35,753 nt of DNA, taken from positions 1-35,753 of the forward strand of contig NW_014039996.1 in the NCBI RefSeq assembly GCF_001186125.1, written 5' to 3'. The notes beneath the pieces were generated by a model. That model made no database searches, was not told where the DNA came from, and worked only from the letters and a program-made list of their open reading frames with translations. This document shows positions 10,787-24,633 of the stretch, in pieces. Every line of letters starts with the position of its first letter. Within the stretch, counting starts at the first letter, position 1. This stretch comes from Sphaeroforma arctica JP610. Taxonomy: Eukaryota. A program made the position numbers and the translations under genes.

Positions 10787-13700
10787 TAAATATACATACA
10801 AATACATATATACTTACCTATATATATATATATATATATGACATATATACTTACCTATAAACAGATATATATATTTACACACAAACATATACATAAATAT
10901 ATATATACCTATACATATATACATACAAACACATACATCACATTTATATATGGNNNNNNNNNNNNNNNNNNNNNNNNNNNNNNNNNNNNNNNNNNNNNNN
11001 NNNNNNNNNNNNNNNNNNNNNNNNNNNNNNNNNNNNNNNNNNNNNNNNNNNNNNNNNNNNNNNNNNNNNNNNNNNNNNNNNNNNNNNNNNNNNNNNNNNN
11101 NNNNNNNNNNNNNNNNNNNNNNNNNNNNNNNNNNNNNNNNNNNNNNNNNNNNNNNNNNNNNNNNNNNNNNNNNNNNNNNNNNNNNNNNNNNNNNNNNNNN
11201 NNNNNNNNNNNNNNNNNNNNNNNNNNNNNNNNNNNNNNNNNNNNNNNNNNNNNNNNNNNNNNNNNNNNNNNNNNNNNNNNNNNNNNNNNNNNNNNNNNNN
11301 NNNNNNNNNNNNNNNNNNNNNNNNNNNNNNNNNNNNNNNNNNNNNNNNNNNNNNNNNNNNNNNNNNNNNNNNNNNNNNNNNNNNNNNNNNNNNNNNNNNN
11401 NNNNNNNNNNNNNNNNNNNNNNNNNNNNNNNNNNNNNNNNNNNNNNNNNNNNNNNNNNNNNNNNNNNNNNNNNNNNNNNNNNNNNNNNNNNNNNNNNNNN
11501 NNNNNNNNNNNNNNNNNNNNNNNNNNNNNNNNNNNNNNNNNNNNNNNNNNNNNNNNNNNNNNNNNNNNNNNNNNNNNNNNNNNNNNNNNNNNNNNNNNNN
11601 NNNNNNNNNNNNNNNNNNNNNNNNNNNNNNNNNNNNNNNNNNNNNNNNNNNNNNNNNNNNNNNNNNNNNNNNNNNNNNNNNNNNNNNNNNNNNNNNNNNN
11701 NNNNNNNNNNNNNNNNNNNNNNNNNNNNACTATAACTATATCTACAACTACAACTATATGTATATAACTATATATATATAGAGTGGGTAAAAACACGGCC
11801 ACAAGTACTGCAACAGGCACACGACAGTGGGACACAAACCGCCCATCAGTAGAGCCATAAAACCCTAAACAATTCTATTAGTTTATAGGTTCGAATGCAA
11901 ATAAATATTTGCATCTATATACAAGCTCTAGGCGTTGCCCGTGTCCATGCGCAGATGTACACTTAGCTGCCCACTGAAAACACTTATTGGAAACTGGACA
12001 TAGATTTGCGAACTCTTCTTTCCAAAGAATAATTGTAATCCCAAGAGACGCAATCATGGGGCTACACACACATCTCATTCTAGAGTTCTATAGAAAAATT
12101 GGACTTCGTACGTAGTGCCTGTCCCTACATACAACAAACACATTCAAGGTCTCATCGATAGCACTCAACAAAACAGAACAAGATGCCATGCTTACCGGAT
12201 TAGTGGGAATAGAACAAGATGCAATGCTTTCCGAATTAGTGGGAACAGAACAAGATGCCATGCTTACCGAATTAGTGGGAACAGAACAAGATGCAATGCT
12301 TACCGAATTAGTGGGAACAGAACAAGCTGCAATGCTTACCAGATTAGTGGGAACAGAACAAGATGCCATGCTTACCGGATTAGTGGGAACAGAACAATAT
12401 GCAATGCTTACCGAATTAGTGGGAACAGGAACACCGGCAACATAATGGCCAGCACAGCGTTAACAACCGCAATAACTGCAGTGGTGTAGAGTGTACGAAC
12501 ATTCAATATGAATCAATAAGGACCTCAGCACGATTCCGTGGACAGACACGGGTACTCGGTAGGATTCAGAAGCAAGATGCCACAAACGAGTGTGGAGAAT
12601 ATTATTGGCCTGTCGTGAGTGATTTTTCACCTCATCAAATGAACTTAAACAGTGCAGCAGATAAGTACATACTAGCACATGTAGTGATTTGCTTTATGCA
12701 CGGATGTATAGAACAACACGTCGCCATTGCTCGTAACGTTCGTCGAGATGTTGCAGTAGTCGAGGGCGCCAGCCGGGATAAAAGTCAGACTGAGAGGTAT
12801 AAGCATTCGTATACAAACACAAGCACTATACACTTGGTATTAATTAGAAATTATTCAAAACTAATCACACAGGCATATTCAAAACTAATCACAAAAACTG
12901 AGAGGTATACGCATTCGTATAAAAACACAAGCACTATACACAAGGGATTTATTAGGAATTGGGGCTTATCACAAAGGCATATTCAAAACTAATGACTAAG
13001 GCATATTCAAAGGTAGTTGATATATATATTTGATCGTAGCCAAACGATGAGAATGCATTGTTCGAACCATCAGTGAAACGAGCGAGGGTGAGACTATTGC
13101 AAGACGACCGAACTGGGAAGCTGTAATATGCACAAAATATGCAACACACGATTGCGCGTCTATACCTGCATATCAAATCAGTCACATAAATAGACACATA
13201 TGTTCGTGCACCCACAAAACGAACTCACCAGCGTTACTGGCGTCCGCAGAGCTGTTTACGCTGGTTACAATCACGCCCGGGACGATAGCAAGACTGCGTG
13301 TTATGAGCGAACGTTTCCACGACGCTATGCGCAAATGCACCAGACCATCCATGAGGTACTGTCCCGTGAGGGTGGTTGTGATACTACCCGCCTGAGAAGT
13401 TAAAAGACTTGAGAGTCAAAAAGCTATAGTTCGATACAAAAGTACATGAAACAGACAATTAAATGTGTAGTGGTACGCGATTCCACCACTAATAAGCAAA
13501 ATTTTCACATACATTATGGATATCACGTACATACGAATAGGTAATATTGTTGTGAGAATCTATTTTTATACGTGTGCGTGTTAGCGTTTGTGTGTTAATA
13601 TTTTTTCGTTATGCGTATGCTAGCAATCTGCTACGTAATAAAAACTCAGATGCAACTACAAACACATTCCTAATGATATCTACCTTATTACACCGTACAA

Positions 13701-15874
13701 ATTTATCACTATAATGGACATATATACATACATGTACAGGTACATATATTTGCCGTGTATATACAATACTGACAATGTAGGGATACTTCAACATACATGA
13801 TGCGAATATCTAATTGATCTGTTCCATTTGTATCCCAATGCAGCTAAAAAGGCATAAATATGATATAAATACATACATATATATATATTTATGTTACATG
13901 TAAATACCTACTTAGACATATGTGTACGTAAATGTATTTAATATATGTGATAATATATATATATATAATATTAATAATAATAATATATATATGCATGCAT
14001 AAATATATTTTTAAGCATACGTTTATAATATAATAATATAAATATATATATATAATAATATATTGTATAATTTTATATAACAATACGTATAGATATACAT
14101 AATATACATACATACATACATACATATATATAAATGTGTATGCTTACACCTATACACACACAAACACATATATATATATATATTTGTGAATATGAAATAC
14201 ATAAATATGAATATATATATATAAGTGAAAGATTACTTGTGCCGACGCCAACAGAGCGATAGCCCACATATACTTCATGAAACCGTTCTGGAAGTAATCA
14301 GGGAAGTTTGACAGTCCCACAGACGCTGTATGTGTGACAGAACAAGGCAGGCGGAAGTGAGACGTGTGAGCTATCTGTCAAGCTTCTCTATATTAATAAT
14401 GGTCAGACATGGCAATTATACATGCGATATATTGGTCAGATTTGAGATCATTCAGAACCAGAAATATTATAAAAGTTCAGCGGCTTATCTGCAGGTATAT
14501 TCCGTAGTTTTCTAGATGGGAATTGATAGGCAGGGCTCATAATGTGGCATGAGATATGTATCACCCGTTCGCGCAATGGCTTACAATGCTGCATATTGTC
14601 GTCCCTGAATGTGCGCGCATTGTTACTTGTAGCCGTAGATCGTTTAGGTCAGCCATTTGGGAGTCCATTGTGCAATGAGGAGTTTGACTTCCATAAGTAG
14701 CTGTACACAATGTGCACAACCCCCCCCCCTAAAAAATGTGCCAGCCGAAACACAGTCTACTTTACTATCATGATGGGTCCATTGGATGAGGAAACACTGT
14801 CAAGCTGGAGAGAGCCAAGGACAACCCCACTGTAGCACGCACTGACTCCCACGTAGTATCAGCAACATACAAAACATGTTGCATGCTGACACTTTTATTG
14901 AGATACCAACACAACACTACACATGCAGGCTTGTCCCAGCTTGTGCTTTTCGATTTCGACCTTATGTACATACATTCACATACATGATCACAGCCGCAAG
15001 CCGGGGTTACAAAACAACGACATCATAGCGATTTAGAACCACAACGAATTCCAACCCACAACTGCACATGTCATCATCAGATATACTCAAAACTTTAGTT
15101 TCATACTTGGATCAATATATAATGGATCGGAGGGATCTAGTTGACCCCTCGGGTAGATCAGCGCTGCTGCGATGCACATGATGGCCAGACTCATAACAAA
15201 CGTGAAGAGCACGGGCACAACCGGTTCCAGCATAGCAAACCACAGCCTCCGTTTCTGCGTAGTGTAGGGTTATAATCGAAAGTTCAGTTTGGAGTAGAAG
15301 ATGCGGCAGTTATATATATATATATACATATACATATCCACACCCACACCCACTTATATATATATATATACATATACATATCACACCACACCNNNNNNNN
15401 NNNNNNNNNNNNNNNNNNNNNNNNNNNNNNNNNNNNNNNNNNNNNNNNNNNNNNNNNNNNNNNNNNNNNNNNNNNNNNNNNNNNNNNNNNNNNNNNNNNN
15501 NNNNNNNNNNNNNNNNNNNNNNNNNNNNNNNNNNNNNNNNNNNNNNNNNNNNNNNNNNNNNNNNNNNNNNNNNNNNNNNNNNNNNNNNNNNNNNNNNNNN
15601 NNNNNNNNNNNNNNNNNNNNNNNNNNNNNNNNNNNNNNNNNNNNNNNNNNNNNNNNNNNNNNNNNNNNNNNNNNNNNNNNNNNNNNNNNNNNNNNNNNNN
15701 NNNNNNNNNNNNNNNNNNNNNNNNNNNNNNNNNNNNNNNNNNNNNNNNNNNNNNNNNNNNNNNNNNNNNNNNNNNNNNNNNNNNNNNNNNNNNNNNNNNN
15801 NNNNNNNNNNNNNNNNNNNNNNNNNNNNNNNNNNNNNNNNNNNNNNNNNNNNNNNTAATATATACTATACACTC

Positions 15875-15960
<86 letters not shown>

Positions 15961-18900
15961 ACATATATACATATAGATGTACGTACAAGTATACGAATTG
16001 CTTGTATAAAGACATTACATAGTGTATGATGACCGACATTCTCTTCGGCTATTATTGAAAAGACGATTTGCGTACATAATTAAGTTCTATTTTAGGTTTT
16101 TGATTGTCCCGGCTGATGTTCTTATTCAGTTTATACATTCCATTGTAGAAGATAAGTTCTGACATTTCTTTTCTGAGAATAAAACCTCTATCCGCGGTAC
16201 CGACCACGCCTCAGAGACGCGTAGCCATTTGCATAGATGTAAGATTAATTATAGCCATATCCCAATCCTGACATCACTAATGCGCTGGCCTATGGATTGA
16301 TCTGTCATCTGCTAAACACAAACCATGCATATGTATGGCACGCTCAAGAATCTCAGGCGCACCAAGCAGACTGAACAATTGCATCTATGATGGCGAGCGC
16401 AAAGAGTTGGCAATTCTTCGCTGGACTCCACTTGCACAAGGCCTGCGTCCCTAGTGCACACTATTCGCATAAAAAACATACAGAGAAAAATCATAACCTT
16501 GGGGAAAACACGCAAGGAATATACAACTACACACCCTTTTCCAGGTGAAAGCCGCACGGAAAATCGGCACAGAGAACTCATCACTGTCGATAAAGCCCAC
16601 ACACACACACAGTTTAAAACCATACACGCACCAGAGTTGCGGGTGACGCTTTGATGCGAATATTGGCCGTACTGGCGGTGCCCCGACAGATATCAGCCCT
16701 CGAGCCCTCACGGGAATCAGAACAATTTGACATTTCTATTTCGTCTCCGACCGGGGGATTTCCGACTTCGCTACTAAACAAATGTGATTGAAGATACAAA
16801 GTCGGGCATTTTAAAGGTTGGGGTTTAGGGTTTCGAGTCAGGATTCTACTAGGTGTTTAGAGCCTAACGAGTTTGAAATTGCTCGTGTTTTAAGTTTAGT
16901 TTTAACGTAGTCTCCTAAAAAGGAGCAACTTTTAGATTGGAATGTGCAGGGTAGAGTTTACATTCTACGGTGATTCTACTAGGCGTTTTAGTCTAGGGAT
17001 TGTAGAAGTAAAAAATTAGTTTAGTTTTGACATGGCCTTTTAAAAAGGAGATACTTTTTAGAAAAGAATGTGCAGGATAGAGTTTAGGGTTTTAGTATTA
17101 GACGTTAGATGTAGTTCCGACTGCGCTCCTATTGGGCCTAGACTCGTCACATCGGGTGGGAATGGCTACGACAGAACGAACCATCACAAGACAATCAAAC
17201 ACAGATTTGCAGGTTTTAGGCTTGTAATCGACATCGATCCGAGTGCAAGCATAACTGAAGGTGAATTTGCGGATACCAGACCCATAAATGACATCAATTC
17301 AAATAGAGGCATAACCAGAAACCGAAGCAGACGCCCAGGCCCCATACCTTTTACCCCCACTTGCCGGCGCACTGTCCACTTCTTGAATTTCATCCAGCTT
17401 CAACAGAGAATTCGTCGCCTTCTTGTTGCGCAGCTGTTCGTGCCGGGAATGTACGCAGCATAAGCAGTAAGTGCGTGTTGTATCGAGGAGGGGGGGGCAG
17501 GGGGAAAGATTCTATGTATGTATGGCAAATGTATGCATGACAAGCCCCGGTTATACGCGCGAATAATTGCTAGTAACGAATCTGGCAAAACTATACCAAA
17601 CCGTTTCTCACATATTATAAGTTTTCTGTAATTTACCTAGCATATCTCCAGCATGCCTATCAACAGCATATATAAACTCGCACATATAATTTGTGCCTCT
17701 ACACAGATTGACTAACACAATACTAAACACTTCACGTTCCTATGTTATGATTCAGACGTGTATTATCATCAAAGGCTGGGATCTACCCGTCATATTTCAT
17801 ACCATCACGGAGGCAGTCGCTAATTAAAAGTATGTGGGCACTCTACAGCCCTCATGATACCAAGGTCAGAAAAATGAAAACCTTCTAGAGCACTGTGAGA
17901 ACTGCCCGGTTGTAGCCCGTCGCCCTAGCGAATACTTATGCCAACATCCCAAACCCCTGTACGATTCTGCACGATACACGTCTGCATGTAAATACCCACA
18001 CTAAACTCCGGAAGCATAAACACACATACTAGAACCCTGATATCAGCTCGACTAGCTCCATACCATCGCAGAGGAAGTCTGCAGAAACAGATTGTGAGGC
18101 ATCACCACAGCTCCCACAATGCCAAGGCCAGAGAAGGCGGAGCCCTCGAGTACCGACGGAACCACCCAGTTGTACGCCATCTCTCCCGCGTCTATATTTG
18201 ACATCACCATCTCCGCGATCAACAGAACGCCCAGAATTACCATGAAGATCGCCACAACCGTTTCCAAATAGCGGCCCTAGAAGAAAGCAGGGCAGGAGGA
18301 CAGATTAATATACAAGACCGAACGATAGCAGAGCAGGCCCGAAGCGCTTCACTTGGCTAATCTTTATTCTGTTGGTATCATTTGAGAGACAGTACGAAAC
18401 GCTAGAAGTTGTATGGTGCATTAGGCTCGCACAGACAATAACGATAGCGTACAACCTGCACACACACACTGACCATATGCTGCGAATCATATTATGGCTA
18501 TTGTGTCTCGCCGGACAGCATGATTGAATGGGCATATGTCCTTCGCATAGAGGCTTTAATACAAAAAAGTATCAGAACGAAATTGTACCACTAGAAAGAG
18601 TAAGACGTCAAGTGTGCTGGATATAGATATAATATTCAGGCGTATGCTGATATGTAAAGTGGCCACAAGACCTTTGAAAACTGTTGGTATGCGAATATAT
18701 AACAATTCACTCTAGAGCTTACTACTGCATTCACAACTATCTTGATAAATCTCAGACTATCACCAGCTGTACATATACACCTCTGTTTATCGTGTATACT
18801 ATATACAAATATAATAGCCAACCAACACACACACTCTCTCTCACTGACAGTCACATATCGCAAACATGTACACCTACTGTTGAACATTTTTGCCCCTCGT

Positions 18901-20426
18901 CATACCTTCATCTTTTCCAATACGAGGAATGCCATCGTCGTCACCAACGAAAGACAAATTCCTACAGGCACTGGCCACCCAAATAGTATCTTCGGCCAAT
19001 AGTTATAATACATCAAGAGAAAGGTGAATCTATTAATATACATATATACAGACGAAGCAACACAGGAAAATGTAAGTCGGCTGATAAGTTCAAGAGGGAA
19101 GACATCGCTTGTATGAGAGATATCCAGCCTTCGAGAACATGCAGTACTTGTTTTGTAAACTTTGTGAATTGGCACCGATCACTGACGCCTAATCGACGGA
19201 CATATGCAAGCCGTCAAACTATCACCAAATTAAACAAGCGCGTTTTACTGCTGAACCATAGCACATATAATTACCAATAGATATGGACACCCCCCACTCC
19301 AAGGATAAGTAGACTTCTCTGGCTTCGTCTAGCCTATCCGTGGGATAAGGTTTAATCCTTCGTATACATCTCTGTCGAAATGATTGCATACACGTACATA
19401 ACTATTCGATCATGGACTGGACAAGTATTATGATTTAAAAATTATCATTAAAAAAAATCCTCAATGTCCTGAGCGTAGGTTGGTGGCCAAAAGCTCGAAA
19501 CTAAACCTAGCACATGCCAAGAAACATTGTTGATAGTCTCTCTCAGACATAGCATATAGTTCGTAAGAAGGGCTTTATCTAGACATAAAGACTATACATA
19601 TATTCATATTCAGAGGGAAGATTCAATTATTTTATACGCGGTTCCATGAATGTAAGCACCAATATCTAGTTCTGAAATATTGCACAGCAACCATCTGCAG
19701 TGTTGCGTTTTCTTGTATGAATTGAGCAAATTTTCTTGTGAGTTGGGTAAATGTCTGTCTAAAAACAAATACAATCTACAATGACTACAGATCAATACTC
19801 CAGTCACATCTACGTCAGCGCTTTCTCGTAACAAAACCGTACGATTACCACCTCCGTGGAGACGATTTATTCGATATATATATAAATATATATATATATC
19901 AATGCACTAGGCAAACATCTATACCAAATCATAGAAAACTCAGAGAAACTAACCTGCAGCGCGACACCGAATCCAATGACTTCCGGCATATCCGTGGCGA
20001 TGATAGTTATCTCTCCCAACAGCCACATGAGTATACGCATGGGCATGGGATACGCACAGCACATCAGTTCCGCCAGGCTATGGTCGCTGTAGTGTGCAGA
20101 ATAAGTACACAGTCCGCCTACAAAGAGTCTGTCGAGGTAGAGACAAGAGCACAAGGCTAAGGATGTGAGATTAAGACGTGAAGTTATTGAGTTTGTCGAT
20201 GGAGAAGGTGTTGCTATAGTGACAAGGATGTTTGTCCTACTACGTCGTGTGCAGAATATGTACACACCCCGCCTGCAATAAGGCCGTGGAATTGTCCGTG
20301 GCGATACGAGCCTAAAGCAGGCGAGATTGATATGCGAGCTTAGTGTTGATGGAGGTGTTGTAAAAGAGGTGAAAGGAATATATGTCCTACTTGTAGCAAG
20401 CAGTGTGCATACACACACACATATAT

Positions 20427-20488
<62 letters not shown>

Positions 20489-20645
20489 CACACAACACAA
20501 CTACGAGTAGAGTAGGTACGTACGTACGTACGTACGTACGTACGTAACGTACGTACGGTAGGTACGGTACGGTACGTACGTACGTAGTAGGTTAGGTTAG
20601 GNNNNNNNNNNNNNNNNNNNNCGTACGAACGTAGTAGTACGTACT

Positions 20646-20721
<76 letters not shown>

Positions 20722-23700
20722 CAGACCACCAACAAACACTATGCGGAGATGGCGTAAGTCAGCTTGCAACAGCTGAGTTGGGAAGCGTCCATAGTGTGGT
20801 TTAAGTGGGTGATACGCCATGCGTGGACTTCAGAAGGAAGTCATCGCCCAATATATCACGCAGACTAATACGCCGTACACACCCAGGGATGGCTCCAGAC
20901 AGTCCGCAATAAGACTTAAAGCACAAGATAACAGCCCACGAGAGAGGCATGGAGAGTGTCACGTACACCACCGCTTACTGAAAACACGCCATCCGTTGCG
21001 CACAGATGGTAACAACCCCTCATTGGCAGGAATCACGACTCTTTGTGAAATTCACACTCCCATTGACATGTATCATTCACCTACTAACAAACAACACAAA
21101 CCCTTTGACGGATATCACACACTCTTTGGCAGCCATAATCTTTGTTGTAGGCCATCACACCCTTTGGCAACACTTGCAGTCTATGCGAATGTGAACTTAC
21201 GAGAATACTATTGCCCACCACAGGATCCATATCTGAGTATAGCCAAACTCCGCTCCAGATGAGATCGACGCGTACATGTTGCCTGTGCAAACCCAAACGG
21301 ATACAATGCTGATGGTGTCAATAACCGATGCAGACCAAGTACACCGTGGCCACAGCGCATGGAAGGTGTTTATACAATACGCGGATGTGTAATGTATGAT
21401 GAATAGACTTGTATGTGAAAACGTTTGAAACACAAGCCCTAGACAATGCCTTCACCCCATGTTGCGGTCGAGTGTTCGTGTCAAGCTTTGCGAGAGGTGC
21501 TCAATTGCGCCTGATATTAAAAAGAAGTAGTAGGTCGCGAGGAGTCATACTGTTACAATACATAACAGATACGTACACCACCTGGTAGCCCACGTATATC
21601 GAGAGTACAAACCAATCAGACCCATTAATTGGCACTGTGTTTGTAGGTACGCTATATCGTATAGGCTTTCCAGTCCTTCTTGGCGGCAAATGCATACGAA
21701 GAAATGTAAAGATGTAGCACGTGATTTTGACATTGACCATTCAAGCACACGTCTGTAGGTTGGGAAGAACTTTCCTTTTATTATATGGAAGGCGAGGCGT
21801 ACGGTCCAGACTACGACACATACGCCTCCCTCGGTTTATATTATGTGTTTTGGCTGTATGGGAGGAGTGAATCAAGTAATATGTGTGCAACCTTCCAGGG
21901 ATCTGGTCTAAGTATGACAGTCTAGGCCACTCCGCCGAACCAAATCTGCTGAGGCGGAATGTACCACGGCCTACATATAATAGCCAGGCATGCGGTGATT
22001 CGTAGATATGCATATACCTGGATCACTTGATGCGACACAAACAAAAGCGACGGCTAGTATGACACCTAGTTCCACCAATGGGCCACACAACTGACCCACC
22101 AAGTGCGGTATAGTTCCTACCTAATTCACTGAGACGATGCGAACTATCGATTTCTTCACTGTGCACATGTAAAACCATAAAACATACATTGATCTCTTTA
22201 TACGACAATGTCGCAATACGTAGAATAGTCCATACTGGGATCATTGTACGCAACACGAAACTAGCGATTCCACAACAGTACGAGTAAAACATACATTAAT
22301 TACTTGGTACAATATAAGCTGGCGATACGCAATACAGTTTATAGATGGATCACTGTACGCGACACAAACTAGTGAAACATAGCATAGCTCATGCACGGAC
22401 CACTTTGTACGACACAAACCAGCAATACGTTATATGCTTTATACCTAGATCACTGCACGCGACACAAACTAGCGAAACATAGCAAAGCTCATGCACGGAT
22501 CACTTTGTACGACACAAACCAGCAATACGTTATGTGCTATATACCTGGATCACTGTACGCGACGCAAACTAGCCACCCCGGTCCCATAAACTTCAGAAAC
22601 TCCCGCCATTTCTGCTGGGGCGTGCGAGATTCGCTCGTGTTTTGGCTATCCGCTTGAGCGTGAACTTCTTTCAATCCGCACGAGCATGGTTTTTCTGTGT
22701 AGTAAGTATCAGCCAGTCTGGTACATTAGGCGAGTATTCGTTATCAAACTGACGGGGTCATAGTTCTGTTCACACCAAAAGTCGGTCCAGATATTGATTA
22801 AAAGCATGAGAAACAGATTGCACTAACTATGAGTATAGATATGGCCCATCTCTAAAAAGGCAAGACGATGTGAACCGATATCAAAGAAGAACACATTACT
22901 TCCAACACTGTTTACCCGGATTTTGCTAAGCAATACCATATAGTACGTGGGGTCCCCTGAACCCCCCAAATGGTATAAATGTATTCCATTTCGTCTTATA
23001 CGAAATGGTCCCACAGTGTCCACTACAACCTATGACCTATAAACGTAAACAGGCGAATAAATAGCTCCTCAGGTATTCCGACTATTCTCTCACCTAACAC
23101 CATGTACTGTACTAGCTCAGATGCACGTGGCAAGACACAAGTCGCGATATACAGACGAACAGGCCCAAAAAGGAAGAAATATGTGAAGTTACGAGCAGTA
23201 CGAATGCACTAGTAATGAAGTCGTAAAACAAATACGCACCCACAACATATGTTCTGAACATCATGCAAAATTCATATTCAAATTCTCAACAAACTTCTAT
23301 ACCGAAATATGTACTCGTCCCGAACAGCGTGTGGTTAAAGGGTGAGTTCGGACAGTCCAGATTGATATACAAATCAAAGTGAGAAGAAAAAAAGAAACAA
23401 CTTGAGCATCTCAATAAAACCAGACAGGTGTACGGTGAAACACTATCAGCGAATGTAGCGATCGCTGGACAATGAACGCGTTCAATAACATAGACTTCGG
23501 GCAATTCAAGTATATGAGAGACAATTCCTCCTACTTTATGTGTCCGAGCGGTATGAAGGAATACTCCAAAGTGCAAATAAAATCAGAAATAATATTTCTG
23601 TCCACGTTCGTTACAGCTTTAAATATAAACACATCTACAAACACACAAGTGAACATTGTACACACACACACACACATATATATATATATCAGTCAACTAA

Positions 23701-23899
23701 ATATTTCAGCATACATATATATATATATATATATTCTATATATATCACATAATTATATATACAGATGAATATATATATGTATGTATATATTATAAATGTA
23801 TATATATATATATATATATATGTATATACATATATTTTTATATAAATATACATATATATAAATATGTATATACATACAGAAATACAGACATACGTAGAA

Positions 23900-23951
<52 letters not shown>

Positions 23952-24599
23952 TACTTACNNNNNNNNNNNNNNNNNNNNNNNNNNNNNNNNNNNNNNNNNN
24001 NNNNNNNNNNNNNNNNNNNNNNNNNNNNNNNNNNNNNNNNNNNNNNNNNNNNNNNNNNNNNNNNNNNNNNNNNNNNNNNNNNNNNNNNNNNNNNNNNNNN
24101 NNNNNNNNNNNNNNNNNNNNNNNNNNNNNNNNNNNNNNNNNNNNNNNNNNNNNNNNNNNNNNNNNNNNNNNNNNNNNNNNNNNNNNNNNNNNNNNNNNNN
24201 NNNNNNNNNNNNNNNNNNNNNNNNNNNNNNNNNNNNNNNNNNNNNNNNNNNNNNNNNNNNNNNNNNNNNNNNNNNNNNNNNNNNNNNNNNNNNNNNNNNN
24301 NNNNNNNNNNNNNNNNNNNNNNNNNNNNNNNNNNNNNNNNNNNNNNNNNNNNNNNNNNNNNNNNNNNNNNNNNNNNNNNNNNNNNNNNNNNNNNNNNNNN
24401 NNNNNNNNNNNNNNNNNNNNNNNNNNNNNNNNNNNNNNNNNNNNNNNNNNNNNNNNNNNNNNNNNNNNNNNNNNNNNNNNNNNNNNNNNNNNNNNNNNNN
24501 NNNNNNNNNNNNNNNNNNNNNNNNNNNNNNNNNNNNNNNNNNNNNNNNNNNNNNNNNNNNNNNNNNNNNNNNNNNNNNNNNNNNNNNNNNNNNNNNNNN

Positions 24600-24633
<34 letters not shown>

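Noticed and set aside
10811..10858. Two TAG|GTAAGT motifs (recursive-splice-like) on the minus strand
   Set aside because: Embedded in (TA)n with no polypyrimidine tract; likely microsatellite variants.
6948..11835. Long ORFs containing X runs or YI/CV/MY repeats (also at 15301-15872 and 23689-24776)
   Set aside because: Artefacts of N-gaps and microsatellites.
11780..11864. Hydrophobic frame [26 protein letters not shown] as NRAMP TM11
   Set aside because: The available AG puts it out of phase with the upstream exon (stop after five codons), and there is no clear donor.
12088..12489. 36-bp repeat as a CRISPR array or repeat protein
   Set aside because: Units are head-to-tail with no unique spacers, there are no cas genes, and it lies in a eukaryotic intron. 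The repeat ORFs follow from the 12-codon period.
20500..20646. (TACG)n and GGTTAGGTTAGG beside the 20-N gap as a satellite or telomere
   Set aside because: It matches the T-A-C-G flow order of pyrosequencing and sits at contig ends after a long (TA)n run, so it is probably read-end noise.
20819..21262. 147-aa plus-strand ORF
   Set aside because: Antisense to a NRAMP intron and exon, with no motifs.
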